A stretch of 64,000 nucleotides of DNA from Lama guanicoe (taxonomy: Eukaryota), in NCBI GenBank assembly GCA_013239625.1, contig MU054212.1, positions 930,001 through 994,000 of the forward strand. Direction: 5' to 3'. The notes under the pieces are model-generated. The model did no database searches. It was given only the letters and a program-made list of their open reading frames with translations, and had not been told where the DNA came from. Below are positions 13,009-23,253 of the stretch, piece by piece. How positions within the stretch are numbered: the stretch's first letter is position 1; each line of letters starts with the position of its first letter. A program made the translations under genes and the position numbers.

Positions 13009-14830
13009 GTAGGTAAATTTTCAAGCCTCTTTTGGTTAAAGAGCTGATTAATTAGTGAAGCAGTTTCTCCAGTTTTCACAAAGTTGATCTCTTCAGCAAA
13101 TATGAAGCCTGGGGCCTGGTCTGATTGGGACACAGGTGCCCTATCCTTTGAACCTGTCAATCTCTCAGCATTCTGCATGTTTAAATTTTGCTATTAAATT
13201 TATTAATTATCATTAAAAAAATCAACCTAACAACCTATGAACCTTGGCTGAACCCCATGGGTTATGATATCACCACTGGGCGAAGCTAATCTATAACTCA
13301 CTCAGGTAAAGCGGGTGTCACCTTTGCGGTGTTACTTGAGAGGCCTTGGCCTACTGCCCTAAATTCTCCCATTGTTTCGGGCAAACTGAATAGTCCAAGG
13401 AGAAATGGGTGAGGATAGGCACTTCTAAGATGAACGTGGTAAAAGCATGAAGCCCTAGAGAGTTCCAGGGTCATTCAGGGATTCCTGAGGGCAGGTCCCA
13501 CCGCAGTCAGACGTGAGGCCAGGAAGCCTGTTCTGCGAGGAGTGAGGGCTTCTGCTAGTCCTGGAAACAGATTCTGGGACGAGATCACTGGGAAATCCAC
13601 AGGGACACAAAATGGCACCAGTGGAATCTAATCGAGGAATGAAATGTTAAGCGTCTTTATTTAGTATCCACAGCCGAGTCAGACCTGTGTTCCCAAGTTG
13701 TATCAGCCAAGCTTGTAAGGCTGGAGATTCATTAGGTAGTAACTGACAGGAAGAGCTAGCAAGCCGGCTTTATCATTTACAGAGTGCTTTGGCCTCCATT
13801 TCCTCTCATGATAAGAACATTGGGAACTGAAGAGGGCTGAAGAGGAAACAGCTAAGAAGTGTAGGAAATTGCTTAAGCGCCCAGCTTTGTAGACAAGACC
13901 CAGTGTTCAGACCCCAGACTCTAGCAGACCCACTGCCTCCCACGTGACACTCCATCAGTAATTTGCCCTCAGTTAACTCAAACAGTTGGAATACACTGTG
14001 GTTTGTTTTCTTGGCCTCGGGGGCACCTCACCTAAGCCCCCACATCTGAGTTAGGAGCCCCAGTTATGCAATTCCTGCAGTAACCTGTGCCTCCTCCCAG
14101 ACATCACTGTCCACGCTGTGCCGTATTCTCTTCTGATCTGTCACCCCTCCCCTCCCGTGTCCCCACTATCTGGGAGTGAAGGCCATGCTGGCTGTGTTCA
14201 CTGCCTCGTCCCCAGAACCTAGTTCCAGGCCTGACACATAGCGGGTTCGGTAGATGTTTGTAGAACAGGAGAGTGAATACAAGTATTTGGAATACACGTT
14301 TCTTCTAAAGAAAAAGCCTCCGTTGGACTCAGATGCAACAGTTTTGTTGTGTCTGAATCTTCTGCAAAAGGTTCTGTTTGTTTAATGCAGAAGAAAGCGC
14401 TTTGCATCCTGAAAACAAACAGAAAATCAAAACTTTTTCTTACTTCAAAATGAATGCCTGTTCTTCAATAAAAATTTTTTAAAAATTTAAATTGCATATA
14501 AACAAAAAGGAAAAAAATAGCTTAATATCTAATGCAACATATTGAATACTTACTATGGGCAAAGAATTTTTCTAAGCAGTTTACGTGTATTGATATATTT
14601 AATAAATTAATAGATTACAATACCAGCTTTTAGCCACTAACATCTTATCAACATCTTTCTAGCCTATTTTATACATAGTCATATGCATTCATTCAGTTGT
14701 TTAAAATAAGATCAGTAAATCTGATCAGAAACTTTTTCAGATGTAAACTGAATGTTCCAAGCTGAATATCTAAAGTCAGAACACTTACGGCTGGAAAAAT
14801 GCCTCAAGCAGTTCTTTGTGTTTCTGATAG

Positions 14831-14973
14831 GTGCTGCTCAGAGCAAGGAGATCATCTTCCAGCCGAGTAAGGGACCAGCCTTTGTCACTGTCCCCGGAAA
14901 TGGTTTTGCAGACCCATTTTCAATTGTCCCAGGGACGTGGATTGCTTGTATTAAGGCAGAGGGAGTCCTCCTG
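14831..14973 (+). CDS. LAMA3: Laminin alpha-3B exon ~21
   Basis: tag|GTGCT...CTG|gtaaga; GAAQSKEIIFQPSKGPAFVTVPGNGFADPFSIVPGTWIACIKAEGVLL; 143 nt. Confidence 0.96.
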
Positions 14974-15970
14974 GTAAGAAGAAATGGTTCTGAGTGCAGA
15001 TTCTTCCCCCTTTAGAGGTGGTCCCTCCCCAGTGACCCGTGTGACCATAGGATAGAAAAATCATAGCTCATTCCCTTATGGACACAGGAACCTATGGTGA
15101 CCTTTGCCCTCAAACATGACATAATGACATAGGAACCAACTTAAAATGGCTTTTATAGTCTTCCAGCCAGCTTCTCACAGACCAAAACAATTTTTTTTTA
15201 ACTCATAATGTCGAAGTTATCAAAATAAATGTAAAATCTTCATAAGCATATATTCCAGCCTTTCAGAAGTGGAATTTTTTATCATGAATCAGAAGGACAT
15301 TAAAAAAAAATCAACCTCTCTGGGAATCAGAAGGAGCAGAGGAAGAGAAGACCCTAAAAGCAGTGACATTCTTGGTGGTGGAAAGAGAAGGGAGACACAG
15401 GAAGAGCCGGTGCTTCTCCGTGACAGGCTTCCTGCCTCCTTCTGCCTGGACCGTGGCAACAGCATCACCAAACAGATTGCCTTGGACAAAGAACTCTTCG
15501 TCAAAGGAAGGGCTGTATCCTTGCACGTAGAAGAGCCAGAGAGGCCAGGGGACTTGCAGGGATGAGACCTGCTGTCTCAGATCCTCTTCTTTGGTGTCTG
15601 CTTTTGCTTATAGTCTTCGGCAATCCTTGGTTTCATACTCTCAGAGTGGAAGATGTAAAGCATTTCCTTCTGGCCCAAGCCCTTTGATTGGCTAAATGAG
15701 TAAATCTCAGGCACGTTCCCAGCCTGCACCAGGCAGTATGGACTATGCTTACCCATATAGGTCTTTTCCAAATCTGGGATCTTATAAAGATAATGTGAAG
15801 ATTTGAGCTGTTCAATCCATTCCTATGTTTCTTTTACTTCTTGGTAGAAAGCTATTTTGCTTTACAAAAGTTTAAGAATGTTTCACAAATGTTAGAAATG
15901 AGGAAGAGGAAAATTCCATTGAGGCCAGGAATAGGACATGCACTTGGGCTAATGGAAAGAAAAAGTTCAC

Positions 15971-16600
15971 CTCTAATTCTAAAAGATACATGCACCCCAG
16001 TGTTCATAACAGCACTATTTATAATAGCCAAGACATGGAAACAACCTAAATGTCCATCAACAGATGACTGGGTAAAGAAACTATGGAATATGTATACAAT
16101 GGAATACTACTCAGCCATAAAAAAGGAAATAATGCCATTTGCAGAAACATGGATGGACCTGGAGATCATCATGCTAAGTGAAGTAAGCCAGAAAGAGAAA
16201 GAAAAATGCCATATGATATCACTCATATGTGGAATCTAAAAAAAAGAACACTAATGAACTCATCTACAAAACAGAAGCAGACTCACAGACATAGTAAACA
16301 ATTTTATGGTTACTGGGAGGGGAGAAGAGGGTGGGAAGGGATAAATTGGAAGTTCAAGATTTGCAGATATTAACTAGTGTATGTGACGTAGATAAACAAC
16401 AAGTTTCTTCTGTAGATAAACAACAAGTTCCCTGTAGAGCACAGGGAACTCTATTCAATATCTTATAGTAACCTATAATGAAAAAGAATATGAAAAGGAA
16501 TCTACGTATGTATATGTATGACTGAAACATTATGCTGTACACCAGAAATTGACACAACATTGTAAACTGACTATATTACAATTGAAAAAAAAGAAAAAAG
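15971..16600 (+). mobile_element. 5'-truncated LINE-1 (ORF2 C-terminus + 3' UTR + A-tail)
   Basis: Translates as KDTCTPVFITALFIIAKTWKQPKCPSTDDWVKKLW...MLSEVSQKEKEKCHMISLICGI*, the L1 ORF2 end; A-rich tail; flanking AAGTTCAC repeat (15963-15970 and 16601-16608) as TSD. Confidence 0.93.
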
Positions 16601-17634
16601 AAGTTCACGATAAAAGTTACTACCTAGGCGTGGAAGATGCTTCATGACATTTAGTCACTGCAGTGGTGTCATAATTCACGTATATGCTTCCGTATTGTGA
16701 TTGCATTTTCACTTAAAAATATTTTATTGAGCATCTATTATCTACCTTTACTGTTTTAGGATCTATGGGACCATGAGGTAATGAGGAGATATGGTCCCAA
16801 CTGAAAGAAGCTTATTAATAGATCAGTAACCACTTTAAAATTCAAACCCGCTCAGGTCGTAAGGCCACTGAGCCCCTGCTTTTCCCCTCTAGAACCTTTC
16901 TCCTCTTCTCTGTGATAGAGAAACTGAGGGCTGGGAAGAGAGAAGAAGCCTCGGCTGTGTCCATGTCTCTCTCCGGTGCGGCACATGTTCCCTCCCCCTT
17001 CCCTCGGCGGGTGGGTGGCGATGCCAGGAGTGCTGGGAATCGTCTCAGAAGCCCGGACTCTGCTCTTTCGTGAGGAGCTGCTTCTCTGGATTTACACTGT
17101 GGGCTCCACTTGGCAGCCTCTGTGGAACATGTTGTTTCTCTCCTGTCCTAGGACAATGGGCAGAAGGCCAGTCTCACTCTGTGATTCACCAGGATCGCAA
17201 AACGTCACTTTTTAGACGAAGCCAGGCGAGCGTGGCTCTGGTGTGGGAATAAAAAGCCATAATACATGATCTGCGACTCAGAGTTCCACAGGGATGCAGG
17301 CAACCAGTCTGTCAAAGGAACGTTCTATCAACTGACAGTTTGTTGTTGTCTTTATCTTTGAACGTAGAAACAACCCAGAAGAGCTGGTAAATTTCCCCCT
17401 GCGATTTGAAAATAAAAATGTTCGCTTGAGGCACTTGTCCCCAGTGCGTCAAGCAATGGGTTGCTTTGTGCGATCCGGTGAGTCTGGGACCCGAACAAAG
17501 CAGTCGATGTGGAGAGTTGAACTAGAGAGCTTCACCTGGCTATTGTAACCTAGCTTTGTGTCTTTAGTTATTTTATTGCTAACGCAGGGCCACCCTCATA
17601 ATGCATAATCGTCCTCTTGGTCTTTATTTCCTAG

Positions 17635-17732
17635 GACTACCTGGTGCTGCTCCCCCGGGACTACTACGAGGCCCCCTCGCTGAGGCTGCCCGTCACGGAG
17701 CCGTGTGCTGACGCAGGCCCTCCCCGGGAGAA
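17635..17732 (+). CDS. LAMA3: Laminin alpha-3B exon ~22
   Basis: tag|GACTAC...GAGAA|gttagt; DYLVLLPRDYYEAPSLRLPVTEPCADAGPPRE; 98 nt. Confidence 0.95.
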
Positions 17733-17955
17733 GTTAGTATGGGCAGCAGGTGCACGGCCGGGGTCCTCTACCTTGGGAGCTTGGGCGCAAGGATTCTCAG
17801 GAGGCCTCAGGGTCACAACTGCAGCAGGAGGCTCTGGTTAATCACTTACCCGTGCTTTTCCTCTGCAGCGGTGACTGCCTTTAATGTAAGACTCACAAAG
17901 TGCTTTGCACACCGTAGCTGGGGCTTAGGAGTGACTCTCCCCCTCTTGCGTGTGG

Positions 17956-18327
17956 AAGTGGCCAAGCATGCCCAAGTGATACCTCAAGGCTGTGCATCCG
18001 GTGAGGGGAAGAGCTTAAAATGGAATCTGGGTTGGTGGACCTTAGTCCGTTCCCCATGCAGATGAAAATTATCTCCCGATTCCTCTAATAGGCATGTTGT
18101 AAGAGTTTGTGGAAGAATGATGAGTGAATGAGTGAAAGAAAAAGTGGCCAAGCATGCCCAAGTGATACCCTCAAGGCTGTGCATCCGGTGAGGGGAAGAG
18201 CTTAAAATGGAATCTGGGTTGGTGGACCTTAGTCCGTTCCCCATGCAGATGAAAATTATCTCCCGATTCCTCTAATAGGCATGTTGTAAGAGTTTGTGGA
18301 AGAATGATGAGTGAATGAGTGAAAGAA
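17956..18327. repeat. Near-perfect ~186-bp tandem duplication
   Basis: Copy 1 17956-18140, copy 2 18142-18327; they differ only by GATACCTC vs GATACCCTC. Confidence 0.95.
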
Positions 18328-18417
18328 TGGAGTGGAGAAGAGCCTCGGGGACGCCCTGGGATGCTCTGTTATGTTCTCAGTTGTAACTGTTGTATTCTGT
18401 TGTTGTTGTTGTTGAAG

Positions 18418-18571
18418 TTGCTTACTTTACCAGCATTTGCCAGTGACCCGATTCCCCTGTGCCCTGGCTTGTGAGGCCAGACACTTCCTGCTTGATGGGG
18501 AGCCAAGAGCCTTGGCAGTGAGGCGGCCCAGCCCCGCACACCCAGTCATGGCGGACCTCAGTGGGAGAGAG
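18418..18571 (+). CDS. LAMA3: Laminin alpha-3B exon ~23
   Basis: aag|TTGC...GAG|gtgggg; NCLLYQHLPVTRFPCALACEARHFLLDGEPRALAVRRPSPAHPVMADLSGRE; 154 nt. Confidence 0.95.
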
Positions 18572-19842
18572 GTGGGGCAGCCTTTTCTTTACTGTCAAAG
18601 CTGTTACTACCTCCCTGTCTGTCTGCTGAAAACCCTTGGCCACAGTTGCTTCTCACATTCAGGGGAACCTGGAAGACGTCCTCAGAGGTGTCAGAGGTGT
18701 GCCGAGTTCTGTGATTGGAGTCGGGGCTGGGTAGTCCACCGCACTGAATGGTGGTGAGGCTAGTCTCCCAGCACGTTCTAGACATGGTGGGGAACATGGG
18801 CGGGCACAGAATCCTTTCCTTTTGTTGCTCGGAACGTATAAGGGGGCATCCTCTTCTGCCTGATTCAGGGCAAGATGTCTCTGAAAGGCCTCCAGGAGTT
18901 AAAGCTTACCCTAAAAGGATACAACGCTCACTGACTGTTCATCCCCTCAGGCTGGGCAATTTGTAGCAGCTGAATTCCTTGAGCTCAGAATCTGGAACCA
19001 CTCCACCCAAAGGCACCTCCCTCATGGCTCAGCGGACAGGTTACTGCAGGTCTCGGCATTACTTTTCTTCCAGGAGCTCTATGAACCTCAAAACACCTTA
19101 AGACTAAACTGTCTTAAGATTTGAGTTAGAAGTGCTATGTATCAGCATTAGAAGACACAGTGTAACACCTCCCCACAGACATTGAGAACAAAACCACTTC
19201 CTCCGCAGTGTCTCCATTCCTTGCTCTCTACAGTGGTCTCTGTTTTGTTCCCTTGAGGAAAATGTTTGTTGAGGGGATTAAATCTGTGGAAGGAAAATAT
19301 ACAGGGTGTTCATTCTCACTGACCATTTAGATGTGTCCCATTTTTAACCTACATTTCAGATATTTTCAAGGTAGCAGTTACAGGATTTTCACACTATTTC
19401 TTAAGTTGAGTCTTCATTTCATTTTACTTTATTTGAGTTTTTATTTTATAGAAGATGTACACTTGTTTTAAGAAGTAAAACAGTGCGGACATACATAAAG
19501 AAAAACATTATGGTCTTACTTTCTCACCATTCTAGTATTCAGTCCACGTAGCTCTCCCGACACATGCTGTGTGTGTGTAAACAGAGGCATATATGTGCAT
19601 ACACATATATACAACATACACGTGCATGTGTGTGTGTCCCCCACGCAGCAGGGAGGTACCGTTGAGAAGGGCTCATCTCCAGGAAGTGATGCTGGTGATT
19701 CAGCAGGAGGTGTCCCTGCCTCTGCCTTAGCCCAGAGCCACAATCCTGAGCTATTCTATCTACGTGATGCATAAAACTAAGCCCCAGGCTGTTCAGTTTT
19801 ATTTTACAGTCCTTCTTACTGTTTTATCTGGATGCTTGCAGA

Positions 19843-20033
19843 CTTAGCCACTAGCCTCAGGTGGCTATCAAAATTTAAATTAATTAAGCTTAAGTCGAGT
19901 GAAAAACTCAGTTTCTCAGTAGCACCAGCCACATCTCAAGTGCTCAGTAATCATGTATGTCTGGTGGCCCCTCTGTTGGACAGCGCAGATCACAGAGTAT
20001 TTTTGCCATTACTGAAAGCTCTATTGCACAGCA
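19843..20033. mobile_element. MER3/MER33-like hAT-Charlie DNA transposon fossil
   Basis: AGCCACTAGCC..GTGGCTAT..AAATTTAAATTAATTAA..CAGCCACATCTCAAGTGCTCA..TTGGACAGCGCAG signature. Confidence 0.75.
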
Positions 20034-20354
20034 TTAATAGATCACCGTGATGAAATCCAGAGACTAATGGTGTTAGAAGAGGTCTTAGGAATCATCTGAT
20101 TTCCCTTCCTGTGAAAGAATCCTTTCTATATTATCCTTGTCAGATATTTATTCATTTAGTCTCTGTTGAATTGATGGGGGACTTGCTTCTTCTAGAGATA
20201 GACTATTCCATTTTTAAGTAAACTATAATTATTAGAAAGCCCTTTTTTTATATTGACCCAAAACATGGTTCATTATGATGTCTAACTTTTGGTCCTTGTA
20301 AGCCACCCAGACCAACGCTGAGTCATCCTTCCTTCCTTTTGGAAACCACGGGTA

Positions 20355-20580
20355 GCGTCTGGTTTAGGGGATGGTTCTGGAGTGAAACTGCCTGGGTCAC
20401 GTCCTGGGTCACCACTAACTAGCTGTGAAGTCTCCCTCGGCCTGAATCTACTGCTTTACACAATGGAGATGAGAATAGTACCTACATAATGGAACCAGTC
20501 AATGGAATAATCCACATGGGGCTCTTGTTGGGGTGCCCTGTGCCCCACGATGCTCAGGAACTGGTAACCATACTTAACCA
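20355..20580 (+). mobile_element. MIR SINE
   Basis: CTGCCTGGGTCACGTCC..CCACTAACTAGCTGTGA..ATGGAGATGAGAATAGTACCTAC; boundaries approximate. Confidence 0.6.
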
Positions 20581-21069
20581 TACTGCTATTACGTGTTCTG
20601 GTCAGCCTCTGGGCTGAAAGGAAGAGCAACCCACTAGATCTAGCTCATGTGAAGGAGTGCTTTGTCCTGGGAGACGGAGAGGCCTGGCAGGGTTCCGAGG
20701 GCGGGAACTGAGTGCACGCAGGTCTCCCAGGAACCTGTGAGGACGGAGCCACGTGGCTCTCCCCCTGAGGCCTCCTGCCTCTCCTTGTGTCTGTCTGTTC
20801 CCCTCTTCTTCTGCTGAGTGGCCTCCTTTCCTTACCTGTAGCTCCTGCCATGGAGGCTGCTCTGGTCCCATTTTGGTTTTGCCTCCCAGCCCCATCACTC
20901 ACTGCCCCCTGAGTGTCCTTTATTCTCTGTGAGAAGGAGATCTGGACAGTTCATCTCTTTAAGTCAGAACACTCCTGCTGGGCACCAGGCAAGCCTCTGT
21001 CTCTTGTAAATTAGCACATAGCTAGATTTTTAATATTTCAATCCGATTATCTCTGCTCCCTATGTGACT

Positions 21070-21310
21070 TTAATCTATTTATATTTATTTTTATATTTAT
21101 TATTTTATTTATTTTATATTTGTATTTTATATTATATACATTGTATTTATATTATATATTATTTTATATTTATATTTATTACTAATTACTAATGATTTGT
21201 TATTTATTACTATATTATTAACATTAAATATAATTATATTGCTAAGTATTATTATATTCAATATTAATAATCTAATTACTGATTAGATTATTACTATTAT
21301 TTATTGGCAT
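21070..21310. repeat. AT-rich low-complexity tract
   Basis: About 240 nt composed almost entirely of T/A (TTTATA/TATTA-like units). Confidence 0.85.
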
Positions 21311-22164
21311 TTATATCCATTCATTTCTGAGATATTTGGACTTATTTTTGCCATCTTATTTATTTTGTTTACTCACTTTTTTATTTACCTTTAAAAAAAT
21401 CGTTTCCCGATTTCTGTTTGATTGAGATAGTTTTCTCTATCTCCCTGCTTGTTCGGTAAGCATAGATTGCTTTCTGGTCTTTTAGAAATTACCCTTAACA
21501 TTCTTAAGTATAAATTTTTCCAACAAAGTCTAAAGTTGTTCAGTAATTCTCTTCTCTTCTTGTACTCAACGTGGAATGCTTATGTACCCATTGTAAACCC
21601 ACCTCCAGCTTGTCTAGAAATTTTATTTTTACCCTTTCCCTCAGACTTTGAGATAGAAAAATCACTGTGGAAAATAGCAGCTGTGGGGTTCAGAGCTGTG
21701 CAGGAGAAACAGCAGATGTGGATTTCCTGAAGGCACAGGGCAGGAGGATGTTAATTAAGTGTGGTGAAGCTTGGCTGGGCCTGAGCTCACAGGCTGAAGT
21801 GGGCTACACTGCTAAGGAATGGAGTTCTAACATTGGCTCAGCACACTTCGACCTAGCAGTTCTAGTTCCACTTCTAGGAATCTTATAGAAATACTCACAT
21901 AGTATACAAAGATAGATACAGACATTGACAGAACCATGCAGGTAGATGATCGTGTAGCCTTGCATGTTTCAGGAAAAATCAGAGACAACCTAAGTGTCCA
22001 TCAACAGGTGGTGAAATAAATGATTTTAAGTTCATACTATGGAATGATAGGCAGCCATCAGAAAAATGAACTATTTCTATATGTACTGCTATAGACACAC
22101 TAAATACTACTGAGTTAAAAAAAAAAAGTCACGGCCAAAAGCAATATCCACAGTTATAAAATCA

Positions 22165-22370
22165 TCACTGTTGGTACAGGGCTTACGACGTGCCAGGCAC
22201 TGGCATGAGAGCTCCTCTCGCGTTGACTCACTGAATCCTCATAATCCGAGCAGTGGTACTGTTGTTATCCTCATTTTCACACAGGAGGACGCCGAGACAT
22301 ACATGTGTTAAGTAACTTGCTCAAGGTTGCACAGCCTGGGGCACTGCGAGTCCAGACTCCAAGCTCCTAA
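22165..22370 (-). mobile_element. MIR SINE
   Basis: GTGCCAGGCACTG..AATCCTCATA..ATCCTCATTTTCACACAGGAGG..GTTAAGTAACTTGCTCAAGGTTGCACAGC. Confidence 0.7.
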
Positions 22371-22384
22371 CCGATAGGCAAGGT

Positions 22385-22505
22385 CAGGGGTGAGCGTGCT
22401 TTTTCTATAGAGTCAGCCAGGAAATATTTTCGGCTCTGCAGCCCGCATGTGACCCGTGACAGCTGTCCAGCCCTGCTGCCGTGGTACGGAAGTGTCCGTG
22501 ATGGC
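22385..22505. mobile_element. MER58A-like DNA transposon fragment
   Basis: CAGGGGTG...TTTTTCTATAGAG..GAAATATTTTCGGCTCTGC resembles the MER58A end as recalled. Confidence 0.55.
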
Positions 22506-22827
22506 CTGCTACGGGCACAGGTTTTCTTAAAAATGAGAGAGAGAAAAGTGCACACGTGTGCATTTTCAGACATAGGAAATGATTTGTAAATAGGAAAACC
22601 AGGCTATTACTAGTCACCATCCCAGGAGTCGGGTGTGTGTATCAGTTTACATTGTTCGCATTCACACAACTCAAAGTTTCTTTTTCAGTCAAAGAACAGT
22701 TAATGAGCATTAAGGCTTGCTTCCATTCCTTTTGTCTCCCATTGGTAATTCCTTCTTCAAGATTTGGAGTATCTCTGGCCTTAAGAAACAAGGCAAATAT
22801 ATGGGTAGGAGTAGAAGGCTCTATAAG

Positions 22828-22960
22828 CAGGTGACCAGATTTAGGCAATAAAAATACCGGCTGCCTCATTAAATGTAAATTGGAGTTAAACAATCATTAT
22901 GTATTGTTTATCTGAATTTTGAATTTGCCGGAGCATCCTGGATTTTCTCCGGCATCCCTG
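22828..22960. mobile_element. MER53-like palindromic MITE, internally deleted
   Basis: CAGGTGACCAGATTTAGGCAATAAAAATAC...TTGTTTATCTGAATTTTGAATTT..CATCCTGGATTTTCTCCGGCATCCCTG; imperfect inverted arms. Confidence 0.7.
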
Positions 22961-23092
22961 CCTACAGGACCACATTTCTTACTATGATGACCTATAAAAT
23001 TCCTCCCAGGTGTCACTCAGCCCCATTTTCACCATTGCCTATGTAAACGTGCCCAGTGCATCTCACGTCCGTCTGCTTGGGCTCTCTGACAG

Positions 23093-23253
23093 GTGGAGCT
23101 GCGCCTGAGGCTGCGGGTTCCTCAAGTCGGCCACTACGTGGTCGTGGTGGAGTATTCCACGGAAGTAGACCAGCCGTCTGAGGCTGACGTGCTCGTGCGG
23201 AGCCCCGGGGCGGTCCTGGCAGGCCGGGTGAACGTCTACAGCTGCAAGTACAG
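23093..23253 (+). CDS. LAMA3: Laminin alpha-3B exon ~24
   Basis: cag|GTGGAG...TACAG|gtaacc; VELRLRLRVPQVGHYVVVVEYSTEVDQPSEADVLVRSPGAVLAGRVNVYSCKY; 161 nt. Confidence 0.95.

Noticed and set aside
15841..16239. 132-aa ORF as an independent gene
   Set aside because: It is the C-terminus of L1 ORF2 in a truncated insertion, fused by chance to flanking sequence
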